64,000 nt of DNA. Origin: Verrucomicrobiaceae bacterium. Lineage in GTDB: Bacteria; Verrucomicrobiota; Verrucomicrobiia; Verrucomicrobiales; Akkermansiaceae. Below the pieces are notes generated by a model. The model was not told the origin of the DNA. It was given only the letters and a program-made list of their open reading frames with translations, and made no database searches. Where the stretch lies: assembly GCA_051252135.1 (NCBI GenBank), contig JBPOGH010000001.1, positions 64,001-128,000 on the forward strand. Reading direction: 5' to 3'. Below, one piece after another: positions 41,204-51,130 of this stretch. Numbering within the stretch: position 1 is the stretch's first letter; every line of letters begins with the position of its first letter. Made by a program: the position numbers and the translations under genes.

Positions 41204-43525
41204 TTATTTGTCTTTTTTTGAATCATTCTCCTTTTTCCGCTCCTTTTTTTCACGAGCTTCACGCATGGGATTGGATTCCTCCTTCTTGGGAGTGGGGGTG
41301 AAATCGGTCTCGTTCACCTTGGGTGGCCAGGTGTTGTTCCGGGTTCTGATATCGGCGGTCCGGTTCCCGGGGTCTACGGTGACGCTGATAATGGGGGATT
41401 TGGTGATGAAGAGTCGTTTCACCTTGCGGTGATTTTTTTTCCAGATTTCGGCGGGCAGGCTGAGGGACTGTGTTTTGCCTCCCTTAAACTCGAGTTCAAC
41501 GAGGATGGGCATGATGACGCCACCAAGATTCTCGAAGGTGACCACCTGGAATTCCTTCTTCGACTTCAGGAGGGCCCGCTCCGAGGGTTTGAGATCGGCG
41601 ATTTTCTTTTTGAAGGCGTCGCGATCTTCCTTGGTGAGCTCGAAACGATCCAGTTTGTCGTAGAAGTCGCGGAGCTCCTTGTTTGCTTCAACGTATTTGG
41701 GGATTCCCTTGTTTCTGCGGCTGGTGACACTGTCTTCCTTGTATTGACGATCTTCTTCTTTCTTGTCCTTGGTGGCGGTCTTGGGATTTCCGTCGGAGAG
41801 TTGGTAGCGGGTGATGTCGGTGACGGCGAGATCGACGTGTCTGGTGGTGTAAAACCAGCTGTGCCAGAACCAATCGAGGTCGATGCCGGCGGCGTCCTCC
41901 ATGGTGCGGAAGAAGTCGGAAGGTTCGGGGCGTTTGAACATCCAGCGTTTGCTGAATTCCTGAAAGGCGTCGTCGAAGATCTCCCGGCCCATGATGGTTT
42001 CCCGGAGGATGGAGAGCCCGACGGCGGGCTTGGCGTAGGCATTGGCACCGAATTGAAGGATGGACTCGGAATTGGTCATGATGGGGCGCTGGTTGGCGCT
42101 TTTCATGTATCCGGTGATTTTACGCGGGTCGGCGCGGGAGGGGTAATCTTCCCGCCATTCCTGTTCGGTGAGCATTTGGAGGAAGGTGTTGAGTCCTTCG
42201 TCCATCCAGCTCCATTGGCGTTCGTCGGAGTTGACGATCATGGGGAACCAGTTGTGACCGACTTCATGGATGATGACCGAGATCAGTCCGTTTTTGGTCG
42301 ATTCCGTGTAGGTTCCATCGTCTTCCGGTTGGGGGCCGTTGAAGCAGATCATGGGGTATTCCATGCCGTAGACTGGGCCGTTGACCGAGATGGCAACGGG
42401 GTAGGGGTAATCGAAGGTGAACTTGGAGTAGACGTTGAGGGTGTGGATGATGGCGTGGGTGGAGTATTGGCTCCACAGCGGTTCGCCTTCATTGGGGTAG
42501 AAGGACATGGCCCAGACCGGCTTGTTGCTGTTAGGGAGGCGGTGTTTGACGGCATCCCAGATGAATTTACGGGAGGTAGCCCAAGCGAAGTCGCGCACAT
42601 TTTTGGCTTCGAAGACCCAGGTCTTGGTGCCGGAAGGCTTGGACTTTTCGTTTTCCCCGGCTTCTTCCGGAGTGATGATGAACATCGGTTTTTTAGCGTT
42701 CCCGGCTTCCTTTAGCCGTTCCTTCCATTCCTTCTTGAGGCAGGCATCGGGATTCCGGAGTTCACCGGTTGCGGTCACGACATGGTCATCCGGAACGGTG
42801 ATTGCGACCTTGTAATCTCCAAATTCGAGGGCGAACTCGCCGCGTCCTTGAAAGGCTTTATTCTGCCATCCGCGATGGTCGGTGTAGGCGGCGAGGCGGG
42901 GGAACCACTGGGCGATTTCGAATACTTTGTTGCCGTCCTTGTATTTCTCGAACGATGAGCGTCCCCAGGAGTTCCCGGCGTTGTTGAGCTTGTAGTGCCA
43001 CGCCATGCGGTAGCTAAAGTTCTTTCCCGGTTTGAGCGGTGAGGGGAGGTCGATGCGCATCATGGTATCAACGATGCGATGTTTGAGAGCGGCGCCCCGA
43101 TCGTCGACGAGGCTGTCGATTTTGAAGCCGCCGTCATATTTCTCAGTGGCCAGAGTTTGATCAAGCTGTCGAAAGCTCATCCCTTTGAACTCCGGTGCTT
43201 CGGCGCTTTGGTGCCCGAGGGAATTCCGGTTGAAACGGTTGCGGTCAAGCTGAACCCAGAGATAGGTCAGGGTGTGGGGAGATTTGTTGTGGTAAACGAC
43301 GCGTCCACTTCCTGTTAGAAGATCTTTTTTTTCGTCGAGTTCGATCTTTAGGTCGTAGTCGGCGCGCTGCTGCCAGTATTTTGGGCCGGGCGCTCCGGAG
43401 GCCAATCGCGTCTCGGTAGGGGTGGGCCAAACCTCGTCGAGTTGGCGGAAGGGGTCATTATGGAACTCAATGGGGTGGGCACACAGAAGCGGTGCCAACC
43501 CCAGAAGCAGGGTGAAAATTTTCAT
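41204..43525 (-). CDS. Secreted M1-family metallo-aminopeptidase
   Basis: Signal peptide, YWQQRADY, GMEYP, HEVGH..WMDEG. Confidence 0.92.
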   Translation of the reverse strand: MKIFTLLLGLAPLLCAHPIEFHNDPFRQLDEVWPTPTETRLASGAPGPKYWQQRADYDLKIELDEKKDLLTGSGRVVYHNKSPHTLTYLWVQLDRNRFNRNSLGHQSAEAPEFKGMSFRQLDQTLATEKYDGGFKIDSLVDDRGAALKHRIVDTMMRIDLPSPLKPGKNFSYRMAWHYKLNNAGNSWGRSSFEKYKDGNKVFEIAQWFPRLAAYTDHRGWQNKAFQGRGEFALEFGDYKVAITVPDDHVVTATGELRNPDACLKKEWKERLKEAGNAKKPMFIITPEEAGENEKSKPSGTKTWVFEAKNVRDFAWATSRKFIWDAVKHRLPNSNKPVWAMSFYPNEGEPLWSQYSTHAIIHTLNVYSKFTFDYPYPVAISVNGPVYGMEYPMICFNGPQPEDDGTYTESTKNGLISVIIHEVGHNWFPMIVNSDERQWSWMDEGLNTFLQMLTEQEWREDYPSRADPRKITGYMKSANQRPIMTNSESILQFGANAYAKPAVGLSILRETIMGREIFDDAFQEFSKRWMFKRPEPSDFFRTMEDAAGIDLDWFWHSWFYTTRHVDLAVTDITRYQLSDGNPKTATKDKKEEDRQYKEDSVTSRRNKGIPKYVEANKELRDFYDKLDRFELTKEDRDAFKKKIADLKPSERALLKSKKEFQVVTFENLGGVIMPILVELEFKGGKTQSLSLPAEIWKKNHRKVKRLFITKSPIISVTVDPGNRTADIRTRNNTWPPKVNETDFTPTPKKEESNPMREAREKKERKKENDSKKDK

Positions 43526-43637
43526 AAGGGTGACGCGAGAGTCTAACGAATTTTTTTCGATTGTGCGATGCTATTAATGAACTGATTCCCTACCTAAAAA
43601 CCTCGCCCGATTTCACCTCCTTATGTTAGGTTGGGCC

Positions 43638-44681
43638 ATGGACGCAATCATTCACCATTTGCAGAATCGGGAAGAACTTGAAGCGCGCGAGGTTGCGGTT
43701 TCGGCTGACTTCCTTCTTGATGAATCGGCGGACAAGGAGAAGAAAAAAACTTTGCTCAAAGCGCTGGCGGCCAAGGGGGAGACTGCGGCGGAAATCGCGG
43801 AATTTGTGTCAGTGTTCCTGGAGCGCGCGGTGCGTCCGGATTTTTTGGGGAAGCAGTTTGATGGTCCAACGATCGATGTTTGTGGAACGGGTGGAGACAA
43901 GCTGGATCTGTTCAATGTGTCGACGACGAGCATGTTCGTGGTGGCTGCAGCGGGAGCGACGGTGATTAAACATGGAAACCGAGGGGTGACGTCGAAGAGC
44001 GGGAGTTCGGATGTTTTGAGTGAGTTGGGGATTCCGGTGGATGTGCCGTCTGAAAAAGTGGGAGAGTGTTTGGAAAAGGCGGGTGTTGGTTTCCTCTTTG
44101 CTCCTTTGTATCATCCGGCGTTTAAGGCGGTTGCTCCTGTCCGTGCCGAGTTGGCGAAAGAGGGGATTAGGACGATCTTCAACTTGATTGGGCCGTTACT
44201 CAATCCGGCGGAGCCGGAGTGCCAGCTGATTGGGGTGATGGATTCCGAGCTGTGTCCGATTTTTGCCGAGATTTTGCAGCGGATGGGAAGAGACAGCGCC
44301 TGGGTGGTTCACGGAACGACCCAGGATGGGCGCGGGGTGGATGAAGTGAGTTTGATGGGGGCGACGCGAATTTGTAAGTCGGGGCGATTCCAATCCCAGA
44401 TTGATGAGGAAATCCACCCTTCCGATTTTGGATTGGAGATCGCTGAAGTGTCTCAGCTTCAAGGTGGTGACGCGGCAGAAAATGCGAGTATTCTAAAGAA
44501 TATTCTAAATGGGAAAGAGCATGGGCCGAAGAGGGATATTGTGATCCTAAATGCGGCAGCTGCCATCACTTGTGCCGGGCTCGCCGATAATTTGGAGCAG
44601 GCGATTGAAAAAGCCTCCGCCCTCATTGATGAAGGGGAGGCGATGGAGAGGTTGATCCGTTTGCAGGAGGCGTTATCCTGA
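43638..44681 (+). CDS. trpD: Anthranilate phosphoribosyltransferase
   Basis: DVCGTGGD, NVST, KHGNR, GSSDVL, RTIFNLIGPLLNP. Confidence 0.96.
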   Translation: MDAIIHHLQNREELEAREVAVSADFLLDESADKEKKKTLLKALAAKGETAAEIAEFVSVFLERAVRPDFLGKQFDGPTIDVCGTGGDKLDLFNVSTTSMFVVAAAGATVIKHGNRGVTSKSGSSDVLSELGIPVDVPSEKVGECLEKAGVGFLFAPLYHPAFKAVAPVRAELAKEGIRTIFNLIGPLLNPAEPECQLIGVMDSELCPIFAEILQRMGRDSAWVVHGTTQDGRGVDEVSLMGATRICKSGRFQSQIDEEIHPSDFGLEIAEVSQLQGGDAAENASILKNILNGKEHGPKRDIVILNAAAAITCAGLADNLEQAIEKASALIDEGEAMERLIRLQEALS

Positions 44682-44702
44682 GGTCATTTTGACCCCGGGC
44701 GC

Positions 44703-46103
44703 TTACTGGGCCGGGCTGAGGAATTTTTCCTGTTCCTGGCGTTCGGCTGACTTGAAGTTGTTGTCTTCCGAGGTCTCGGCGAGAAGTTCGTCACGATACT
44801 TGTCGATCATGGCTTCGACAGGCCAGGCGGAGGCTTCTCCGAAGGCGCAGATTGTTTTGCCATCGATCTGGTAGGCCACGTCCTCGAGCGTTTGGACGTC
44901 GGTCGGGGTGGCCGTGCCATTGGCAATGCGGTCGGAAATCTTGCGCATCCAGGTGGAGCCCTCACGGCACGGGGTGCATTGGCCGCAGGATTCGTGAGCG
45001 TAGAAGTGGGTGATGTTGTTGAGAACCCAAGACATCTTGCGGGAGTCATCCATGACGATGACTCCGCCCGAACCAGCCATGGAACCGGCTGCTGCGAGGG
45101 TGTCGAAGTCGAGGGGGAGGTCCCAGAACTCGAGTTCCTTGGCGTCGTCGCCCCGGCCAATGGTGAAGGATTCGTTGCAACGGAGGATTTTCGAGGATGA
45201 GCCTCCGGGGATAACGGCTTTGAATTCGCGGCCGTCCTTTGGTCCGCCACACATGTCGTGGAGGAGTTCGCGGAAGGTGACTTTGCCGACCTGAACTTCG
45301 AAGTAACCGGGGTTTTTGACATCGCCGGAAACGCAGAGGATGCGGGTGCCGGAGTTGCGCGGGGTGCCGAGCTTGACGTATTCTTCACCGCCCATGCGGA
45401 GGATGTGGACGACGTGGCAAAGGGATTCCACGTTGTTCACGATGGTGGGGCACATGTAGAGGCCCATGGCAGCCGGGAAATACGGTGGCTTGATTCGTGG
45501 GTAGGGGCGTTTGCCCTCGAGGGACTCGATGAGTCCGGTTTCCTCGCCGCAAATGTAGGCGGCGGCGCCGCGATGGACGTAGATTTCGAGGTCGAATCCG
45601 GAGCCCTGGATGTTTTGGCCGAGGAACCCTTTTTCGCGGGCTTCGGCGATGGCGCGCTCGAGGGTGATGGCGGCTTCAGGGAATTCCTCGCGAATGTAGA
45701 TGTAGGCGATGTGTGCTCCGACGGCGAAGGCGGAGATGACCATGCCTTCGATGAGTTGGTGGGGATCCTGGTGGACGATGTAGCGGTCCTTGAAGGTCCC
45801 GGGCTCAGATTCATCGCAGTTGCAGATGAGATAGACCGGCTTGGTGTTGTTGGGGGGGATGAAGCCCCATTTTACGCCGGTTGGGAATCCGGCACCGCCG
45901 CGACCGCGGAGGCCGGATGTTTTGACTTCGTCAATGACGGCCCGGGGTTCCATTTGGAGACCTTTTTTGAGCATCTCGTAGCCGCCATCTGCAAGGTATC
46001 GATCGATGGAGGTGTTCCAGCCTTCGCGGTCGACATTCTTAAAGATGAGGCGGTGCTCGTTTGCGTGGGGCTCTTTGCCCGGCAGGTAGGTGACTTCGCT
46101 CAT
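44703..46103 (-). CDS. nuoF: NADH-quinone oxidoreductase subunit F
   Basis: GLRGRGGAGFPTG, DESEPGTFKD, YICGEET, ESCGQCTPCREG. Confidence 0.97.
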   Translation of the reverse strand: MSEVTYLPGKEPHANEHRLIFKNVDREGWNTSIDRYLADGGYEMLKKGLQMEPRAVIDEVKTSGLRGRGGAGFPTGVKWGFIPPNNTKPVYLICNCDESEPGTFKDRYIVHQDPHQLIEGMVISAFAVGAHIAYIYIREEFPEAAITLERAIAEAREKGFLGQNIQGSGFDLEIYVHRGAAAYICGEETGLIESLEGKRPYPRIKPPYFPAAMGLYMCPTIVNNVESLCHVVHILRMGGEEYVKLGTPRNSGTRILCVSGDVKNPGYFEVQVGKVTFRELLHDMCGGPKDGREFKAVIPGGSSSKILRCNESFTIGRGDDAKELEFWDLPLDFDTLAAAGSMAGSGGVIVMDDSRKMSWVLNNITHFYAHESCGQCTPCREGSTWMRKISDRIANGTATPTDVQTLEDVAYQIDGKTICAFGEASAWPVEAMIDKYRDELLAETSEDNNFKSAERQEQEKFLSPAQ

Positions 46104-46115
46104 GGTCGGGAAAAA

Positions 46116-46889
46116 TTAGGATTGTTGGTAGCTTTCGAGGAGCCGGGCGGCTTTATCGGCACTGACTCCCTCGTGGAAGTCGTCGTTGACGAGGCAGACG
46201 GGGGCGGTGCCGCAGGAGGCGAGGCACTCGGCGTACTCGACAGAGAAGTTTCCGCAGGGAGAAACTGAAATGGGGTCTTTGTGGCCATCGGCGCCGGAGC
46301 GGTCGATTCCGGTGATTTCACAGAGCTTGTCCATGAGCTCGTAGGAGCCGCCCATGGCGCAAGAGAGGGTGCGGCAAACGCGGACGTGGAGTTTGCCGGG
46401 AGCCTTTTGACGGAACCCCGGGTAGAAGGTGACGACCTCGACGACCTTGATGGGTTCGACGTTGATTTGCTTGGCCACCCAGTCGATGGACTCGGGGCTG
46501 ATGAAGCCGAATTTATGCTGGACGGCGTGGAGAAGGGGGAGGACGGCGGAGCGGCGTTCTTCGGCAGGATACTGGGCGATGCGCTTGGCGGCTTCCTGTT
46601 CGAGTTCGGGGGTGATCTCAAATTTGGGGAAGAATTTTTCGCCGGGCGTTTTGGGTGAGGCGACGTTTTTCTCGAGAACGGTGAGTTCGGGAACGAGGTA
46701 GGCGACGGCATTGCGGTCGATTGCCGCAGGCTTGGGCACAATGATGGTGTCCGAGGCGAGGCCGGATTCATAGACCAGGGCGGCACGATCGATGGCACGA
46801 GGCATCGGGATGTCGCGAGTGGGCGTGAGATAGGCGAGTTGGCTTCGGTCGATTTTCCGAGGCTGTGGGACTTCAATTCTGGAGTTCAC
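46116..46889 (-). CDS. nuoE: NADH-quinone oxidoreductase subunit E with N-terminal repeat extension
   Basis: SAVLPLLH, VVTFY, CRTLSC, ECLASCGTAP. Confidence 0.92.
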   Translation of the reverse strand: MNSRIEVPQPRKIDRSQLAYLTPTRDIPMPRAIDRAALVYESGLASDTIIVPKPAAIDRNAVAYLVPELTVLEKNVASPKTPGEKFFPKFEITPELEQEAAKRIAQYPAEERRSAVLPLLHAVQHKFGFISPESIDWVAKQINVEPIKVVEVVTFYPGFRQKAPGKLHVRVCRTLSCAMGGSYELMDKLCEITGIDRSGADGHKDPISVSPCGNFSVEYAECLASCGTAPVCLVNDDFHEGVSADKAARLLESYQQS

Positions 46890-46925
46890 CGGAGAAAAAA
46901 TGGTCGTAATTGGAAGTGGAAAGAA

Positions 46926-48182
46926 TCAGCGGTCACATTCTCCCATGACGAAGTCGAGGGAGCCCAGGATGGCGGGGATGTCGGAAACCATGTGGCCTTT
47001 GAGGAGATCGGCACAGATGCCGAGGTTGACGAAGGATGGGGCGCGAATTTTGAGGCGGTAGGGGACTCCTCCGCCTTTGGAGCAGATGTAGAAGCCGAGT
47101 TCGCCTTTGGGGTTTTCAGCGGCAAAGTAGACTTCGCCCACGGGGGCTTCGATGCCCTGGGTGGAGACGATGAAGTGGTGGATGAGTTCCTCCATGCTCA
47201 TGAGGACGCGTTCCTTGTTGGGGAGGACGGATTTGGGGTCGATGTAGTTGATCTCGCCTTCAGGCATGGTGTCGAGGACCTGGCGGACGATCTTAATGGA
47301 CTGTCTCATTTCCTCCATGCGGACGAGGTAGCGGTCGTAGCAATCGCCATTTTCGCCGACGGGAACGTCGAACTCATATTTTTCGTAGCCGAGGTAAGGG
47401 CTATCTTTGCGCAGGTCGCGATCGACTCCGCAGGCGCGGAGGTTGGGGCCGGTCATGCCGTAGCTGATGGCATCCTCACGGCTGATAACGCCGACGTCGC
47501 ACATGCGCTCGAGGTAGATTTTGTTTTTATCGAGGAGGCCGGAGATTTCCGCGATGGTTTTTTCACACTCGTCGAGGAACTGGCGGATGTCGTCGTCGAG
47601 GCCCTTGGGGAGGTCACGAATTTGGCCGCCAACCCTGGTGTAGGAAGTGGTGAAGCGAGCTCCGGTGATTTGCTCGCAGAAGTTGTAGATTTTTTCCCGC
47701 TCGGTGAAGGTGTAGAGGAAGACGGTCATGGCGCCGACATCCATGGCGCAGACGCCGACTCCCAGCATGTGGGAGGAGATACGGGCGAGTTCACAGCAAA
47801 GGACGCGAAGGGCCTGGCCACGGGGAGGGAGCTCCCAGCCCATGAGTTTTTCGACGGCGCAGGCGTAAGCGATGTTATTTGCGAGCGGGGCGAGGTAGTC
47901 CAGTCGGTCGGTGTAGGGGACGAACTGGTTGTAGTGCATGTTCTCGGCGATTTTTTCGTCGCCGCGGTGCAGATATCCGATGTGAGGTTCGGCTTTTTCG
48001 ATGATTTCGCCGTCCAGTTCAAGGACAAGGCGGAGGACGCCGTGGGTCGCCGGATGGGAAGGTCCCATATTCAGGACCATCTTTTCTCCGAGGACATCAT
48101 CGGTCTCGGAGCGGTAGTCATCGACGGCTTTTGCTGCAATGGCAGCGGAATCGGGAGCCTCGTAAGTAGTGGTCTCGCTCAT
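46926..48182 (-). CDS. nuoD: NADH-quinone oxidoreductase subunit D
   Basis: NMGPSHPATHGVLRL, GYLHRG, DRLDY, PKGELG, GECDR. Confidence 0.97.
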   Translation of the reverse strand: MSETTTYEAPDSAAIAAKAVDDYRSETDDVLGEKMVLNMGPSHPATHGVLRLVLELDGEIIEKAEPHIGYLHRGDEKIAENMHYNQFVPYTDRLDYLAPLANNIAYACAVEKLMGWELPPRGQALRVLCCELARISSHMLGVGVCAMDVGAMTVFLYTFTEREKIYNFCEQITGARFTTSYTRVGGQIRDLPKGLDDDIRQFLDECEKTIAEISGLLDKNKIYLERMCDVGVISREDAISYGMTGPNLRACGVDRDLRKDSPYLGYEKYEFDVPVGENGDCYDRYLVRMEEMRQSIKIVRQVLDTMPEGEINYIDPKSVLPNKERVLMSMEELIHHFIVSTQGIEAPVGEVYFAAENPKGELGFYICSKGGGVPYRLKIRAPSFVNLGICADLLKGHMVSDIPAILGSLDFVMGECDR

Positions 48183-48229
48183 GGTGCGCTGGGGGATAGA
48201 ACTCCCAAACTACGGGAGTCGCAAGGAGT

Positions 48230-48247
48230 TTGTGATTTTTTTCACAA
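48230..48247. promoter_or_regulatory. Palindromic operator upstream of nuoD (Rex- or CRP-type)
   Basis: TTGTGATTTTTTTCACAA = TGTGA-N6-TCACA; one mismatch from TTGTGAA-N4-TTCACAA. Confidence 0.65.
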
Positions 48248-48264
48248 AGTCCTGAGAAATCCGG

Positions 48265-48759
48265 TTACGGGAGAAGAGTGACCCGTGTTGGGGAGTAGAC
48301 ATCGGCAGGTGAGAAGAGCCAGCCGGGATCTTTGTGGAGCAGTTCGTAGTTGGTAAGGACAAACTCGGGGAGGAATTGGTTGCTGTTGGGCTCGTAGAGC
48401 TTTCGGCCGCTGTAGTATCCGTAGATCTTGTATTCGTAGTTCTGGTCGAAGCCGTAGCGACGTCCGAAGGGCCCGTCTTCGGGGAGGCGATCGGGGTTTA
48501 ACTTCTTAGATTCGTTAAAAATCACGAGTTGTGAATTTTTAGCGGACTGTCCCGGTTTGCGAAGGTAGCCCCAGAAGCGGGTCTTTTGGACGTAGTAGCG
48601 TCGGCCGTAGTAGAAATCTCCACGGGGTTCATTGGCGATTTCGGCCCGACGGGTGGCGGGATCGGGGTGGTTTCCGAGATTTCCTCCACCTGCGGTGGGG
48701 GAGCTGGCGCACGAGGCGAGGAATAGGGCGAGGGAGGAAAGAGCGAGGAGAAGGCGCAT
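48265..48759 (-). CDS. Hypothetical lipoprotein
   Basis: Signal with LASC lipobox; aromatic-rich domain. Confidence 0.75.
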   Translation of the reverse strand: MRLLLALSSLALFLASCASSPTAGGGNLGNHPDPATRRAEIANEPRGDFYYGRRYYVQKTRFWGYLRKPGQSAKNSQLVIFNESKKLNPDRLPEDGPFGRRYGFDQNYEYKIYGYYSGRKLYEPNSNQFLPEFVLTNYELLHKDPGWLFSPADVYSPTRVTLLP

Positions 48760-48888
48760 CGGAAGGAGTTTCCGCAGGAAGAGGAAGCCGGGTCAAGCCC
48801 GGACGCGTGCGGGAATTCCACTTGAATCTTTCGGGTCCCTGAACTAAGGCCAGCCTTCCGATACGCGTGCGTAGGCGGAAATTCAGTT

Positions 48889-49359
48889 ATGAACCTTCAC
48901 CTCCTCATCCCAGCCGAGTGTGTGATTCTCGAGCTCAAGAATATCGAGCACGAGGATGTCATCGGAGAAATGGTCGATCATTTGGTGAAAACCGGGCGGG
49001 TATTCGCTGATGATCGGGATCGTTTTGTGGAGGCGGTGGTGGAGCGTGAGCTTCAAGTGGGAACCGGATTGGGTTCCGGAGTGGCGGTGCCGCATGCGCG
49101 GGTGACCGGGATTGATGAGATGGTGGCGGTGTTTGGGCGTTCCAAGGAAGGGGCGGATTTTGAATCACCTGACAATGCGCCGGCACACAGTGTGGTGCTG
49201 TTACTCGCTCCGGAGGGGCAGGCGGCCCAGCATCTGCAAACTTTATCCGAGCTGGCGAAGATTTTTGCGCAATGCGAATGCCGTGAGGAGCTTCAAGCGG
49301 CGACGACGGAGCATCAAATTTCTGCCATTTTTGCAAGTGGCTCACTTCTTTCCCCCTGA
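48889..49359 (+). CDS. PTS EIIA domain protein (PtsN/Fru-type)
   Basis: ERE..TGLGSGVAVPHAR, FESPD, HLQTLSELA. Confidence 0.9.
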   Translation: MNLHLLIPAECVILELKNIEHEDVIGEMVDHLVKTGRVFADDRDRFVEAVVERELQVGTGLGSGVAVPHARVTGIDEMVAVFGRSKEGADFESPDNAPAHSVVLLLAPEGQAAQHLQTLSELAKIFAQCECREELQAATTEHQISAIFASGSLLSP

Positions 49360-49361
49360 CA

Positions 49362-51125
49362 ATGACCATTCCAGAACAACTTACCGTAAAACTGCTAAGC
49401 GCATTGGCAGAGGCCGGAATCAATGTGCCTGATGCTTCGCGTATTCAGGTGAAGACGGCGGACGATCTTCGTTATGGTGATTATCAAAGCACGGTAGCGA
49501 TGATGCTGGCGAAGCCTGCGGGAATGAATCCGCGTGATTTGGCGACGTCATTGATGGAGAAGCTGGAGGTGGGTGAACTTGCGGAGGTGAGCATTGCGGG
49601 TCCGGGTTTTTTGAATTTCACGCTGACTCCGGCGACTTGGGCGGCCCAGGCGAAAGAGCAGTGGGGTGATGCGAATCATGCGGTCTCCACGGTTGAGAAT
49701 CCTGAGACGATCGTGGTGGATTTTTCGGCCCCCAACGTGGCGAAGCCGATGCACATTGGGCATATCCGGTCGACGATCATTGGCGAGTGCCTGGGCCGGG
49801 TGGCATCGAGGCTGGGTCACAAGGTGATCAAGGACAACCATATCGGGGACTGGGGAACGCAATTCGGCATGGTGACATGGGCGTGGAAGAAGGGCGTTGA
49901 TGAAGAGGCTTTGGAGTCGGCTCCCTTGCAGGAATTGTTGCGGCTTTATCGGTCGGCGAGTGAGGCGTGCAAGGAGGATGATGCGGTCAAAGATGCCTGC
50001 CGTCAGGAGCTTGTGTTGCTGCAGCAGGGGGATGCGGAGAATCGGGCGATTTGGGAACGGTGCCTGGAGCTTTCGAAGAAGGGATTGAACAAGATTTACG
50101 ATCGGCTCGGAGTTTCCTTCGATCACTGGTTGGGTGAGAGTGCCTACAATGATGCGCTGGCTCCATTGGTAGAGAAGCTGGAAGCTGAGGGATTGGCCCG
50201 CGAGAATGACGGGGCGCTGTGTGTGTTTTCCGATGAGTCGGGGAAGCCGAAGACGGATCCTTTTAAGATCAACCGGGATGGCGAGTGGCAGGATTTTCCG
50301 ATGATCGTGCGGAAGGGGGACGGGGCGTTCAACTACGCGACGACTGATATCGCGACGGTGGAGTTTCGAGCGCAGGAGTGGAAGGCGGACAAAGTGTGGT
50401 ATGTGGTGGACTTCCGGCAGGGCGGGCATTTCAAGCAGCTTTTTGAGGTGTCACGTCGGTTGGGATACGATCAGCTGGAGCTGGAGCACGTGGCTTTTGG
50501 GACGATTCTCGGGAAAGACGGCAAGCCTCTTAAGACACGGGCGGGTGATTTGCCCCAGCTGGCGGATGTGCTGGATGATGCGGTGAAGGCCGCGCGTCTG
50601 GTGGTGGGTGAAAAGAGTCATCTTGAGACCGACGAGGAGAAGGATGAGTTGGCGGAATTGATCGGGGTGAACTCGGTGAAGTTCACCGAATTGGCGCACC
50701 ACCGGATGTCGGATTACGTTTTTGATTTGGATAAAATGGTGGCACTTGAAGGGGATACGGCACCGTATCTATTCTACAGCTATGTGCGGGCGCGTTCGAT
50801 CTTCCGGAAACTGGAAGAGGGGGAATTTGAGAAGCTGAGTGCGGAGAATCTGGTGATCACGGAGGCGGCGGAAATTCATCTCGTGCGGATGCTGACGCGT
50901 TTTGGCGACAATGTGCGGACAGTGCTTGATGACTATCGCCCGAATCTACTGGCGACCTATCTTTTGGAGTTGGCGAGATCGTTTCACTCGTTCTTTGAAG
51001 CTTGTCCGGTGTTGAAGTCGGAAGGGGAAGTGCGGGAGAGTCGATTGATTCTGTGTGATCTGACTTCCAGGGTGATTAAGGATGGACTCGACCTTTTGGG
51101 GATCGAAGTGCCTGAACGGATGTAG
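49362..51125 (+). CDS. argS: Arginine--tRNA ligase
   Basis: GDYQS, AGPGFLN, PNVAKPMHIGH, GDWGTQFG, KTRAG, GDTAPY, PERM. Confidence 0.97.
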   Translation: MTIPEQLTVKLLSALAEAGINVPDASRIQVKTADDLRYGDYQSTVAMMLAKPAGMNPRDLATSLMEKLEVGELAEVSIAGPGFLNFTLTPATWAAQAKEQWGDANHAVSTVENPETIVVDFSAPNVAKPMHIGHIRSTIIGECLGRVASRLGHKVIKDNHIGDWGTQFGMVTWAWKKGVDEEALESAPLQELLRLYRSASEACKEDDAVKDACRQELVLLQQGDAENRAIWERCLELSKKGLNKIYDRLGVSFDHWLGESAYNDALAPLVEKLEAEGLARENDGALCVFSDESGKPKTDPFKINRDGEWQDFPMIVRKGDGAFNYATTDIATVEFRAQEWKADKVWYVVDFRQGGHFKQLFEVSRRLGYDQLELEHVAFGTILGKDGKPLKTRAGDLPQLADVLDDAVKAARLVVGEKSHLETDEEKDELAELIGVNSVKFTELAHHRMSDYVFDLDKMVALEGDTAPYLFYSYVRARSIFRKLEEGEFEKLSAENLVITEAAEIHLVRMLTRFGDNVRTVLDDYRPNLLATYLLELARSFHSFFEACPVLKSEGEVRESRLILCDLTSRVIKDGLDLLGIEVPERM

Positions 51126-51130
51126 TTTTT

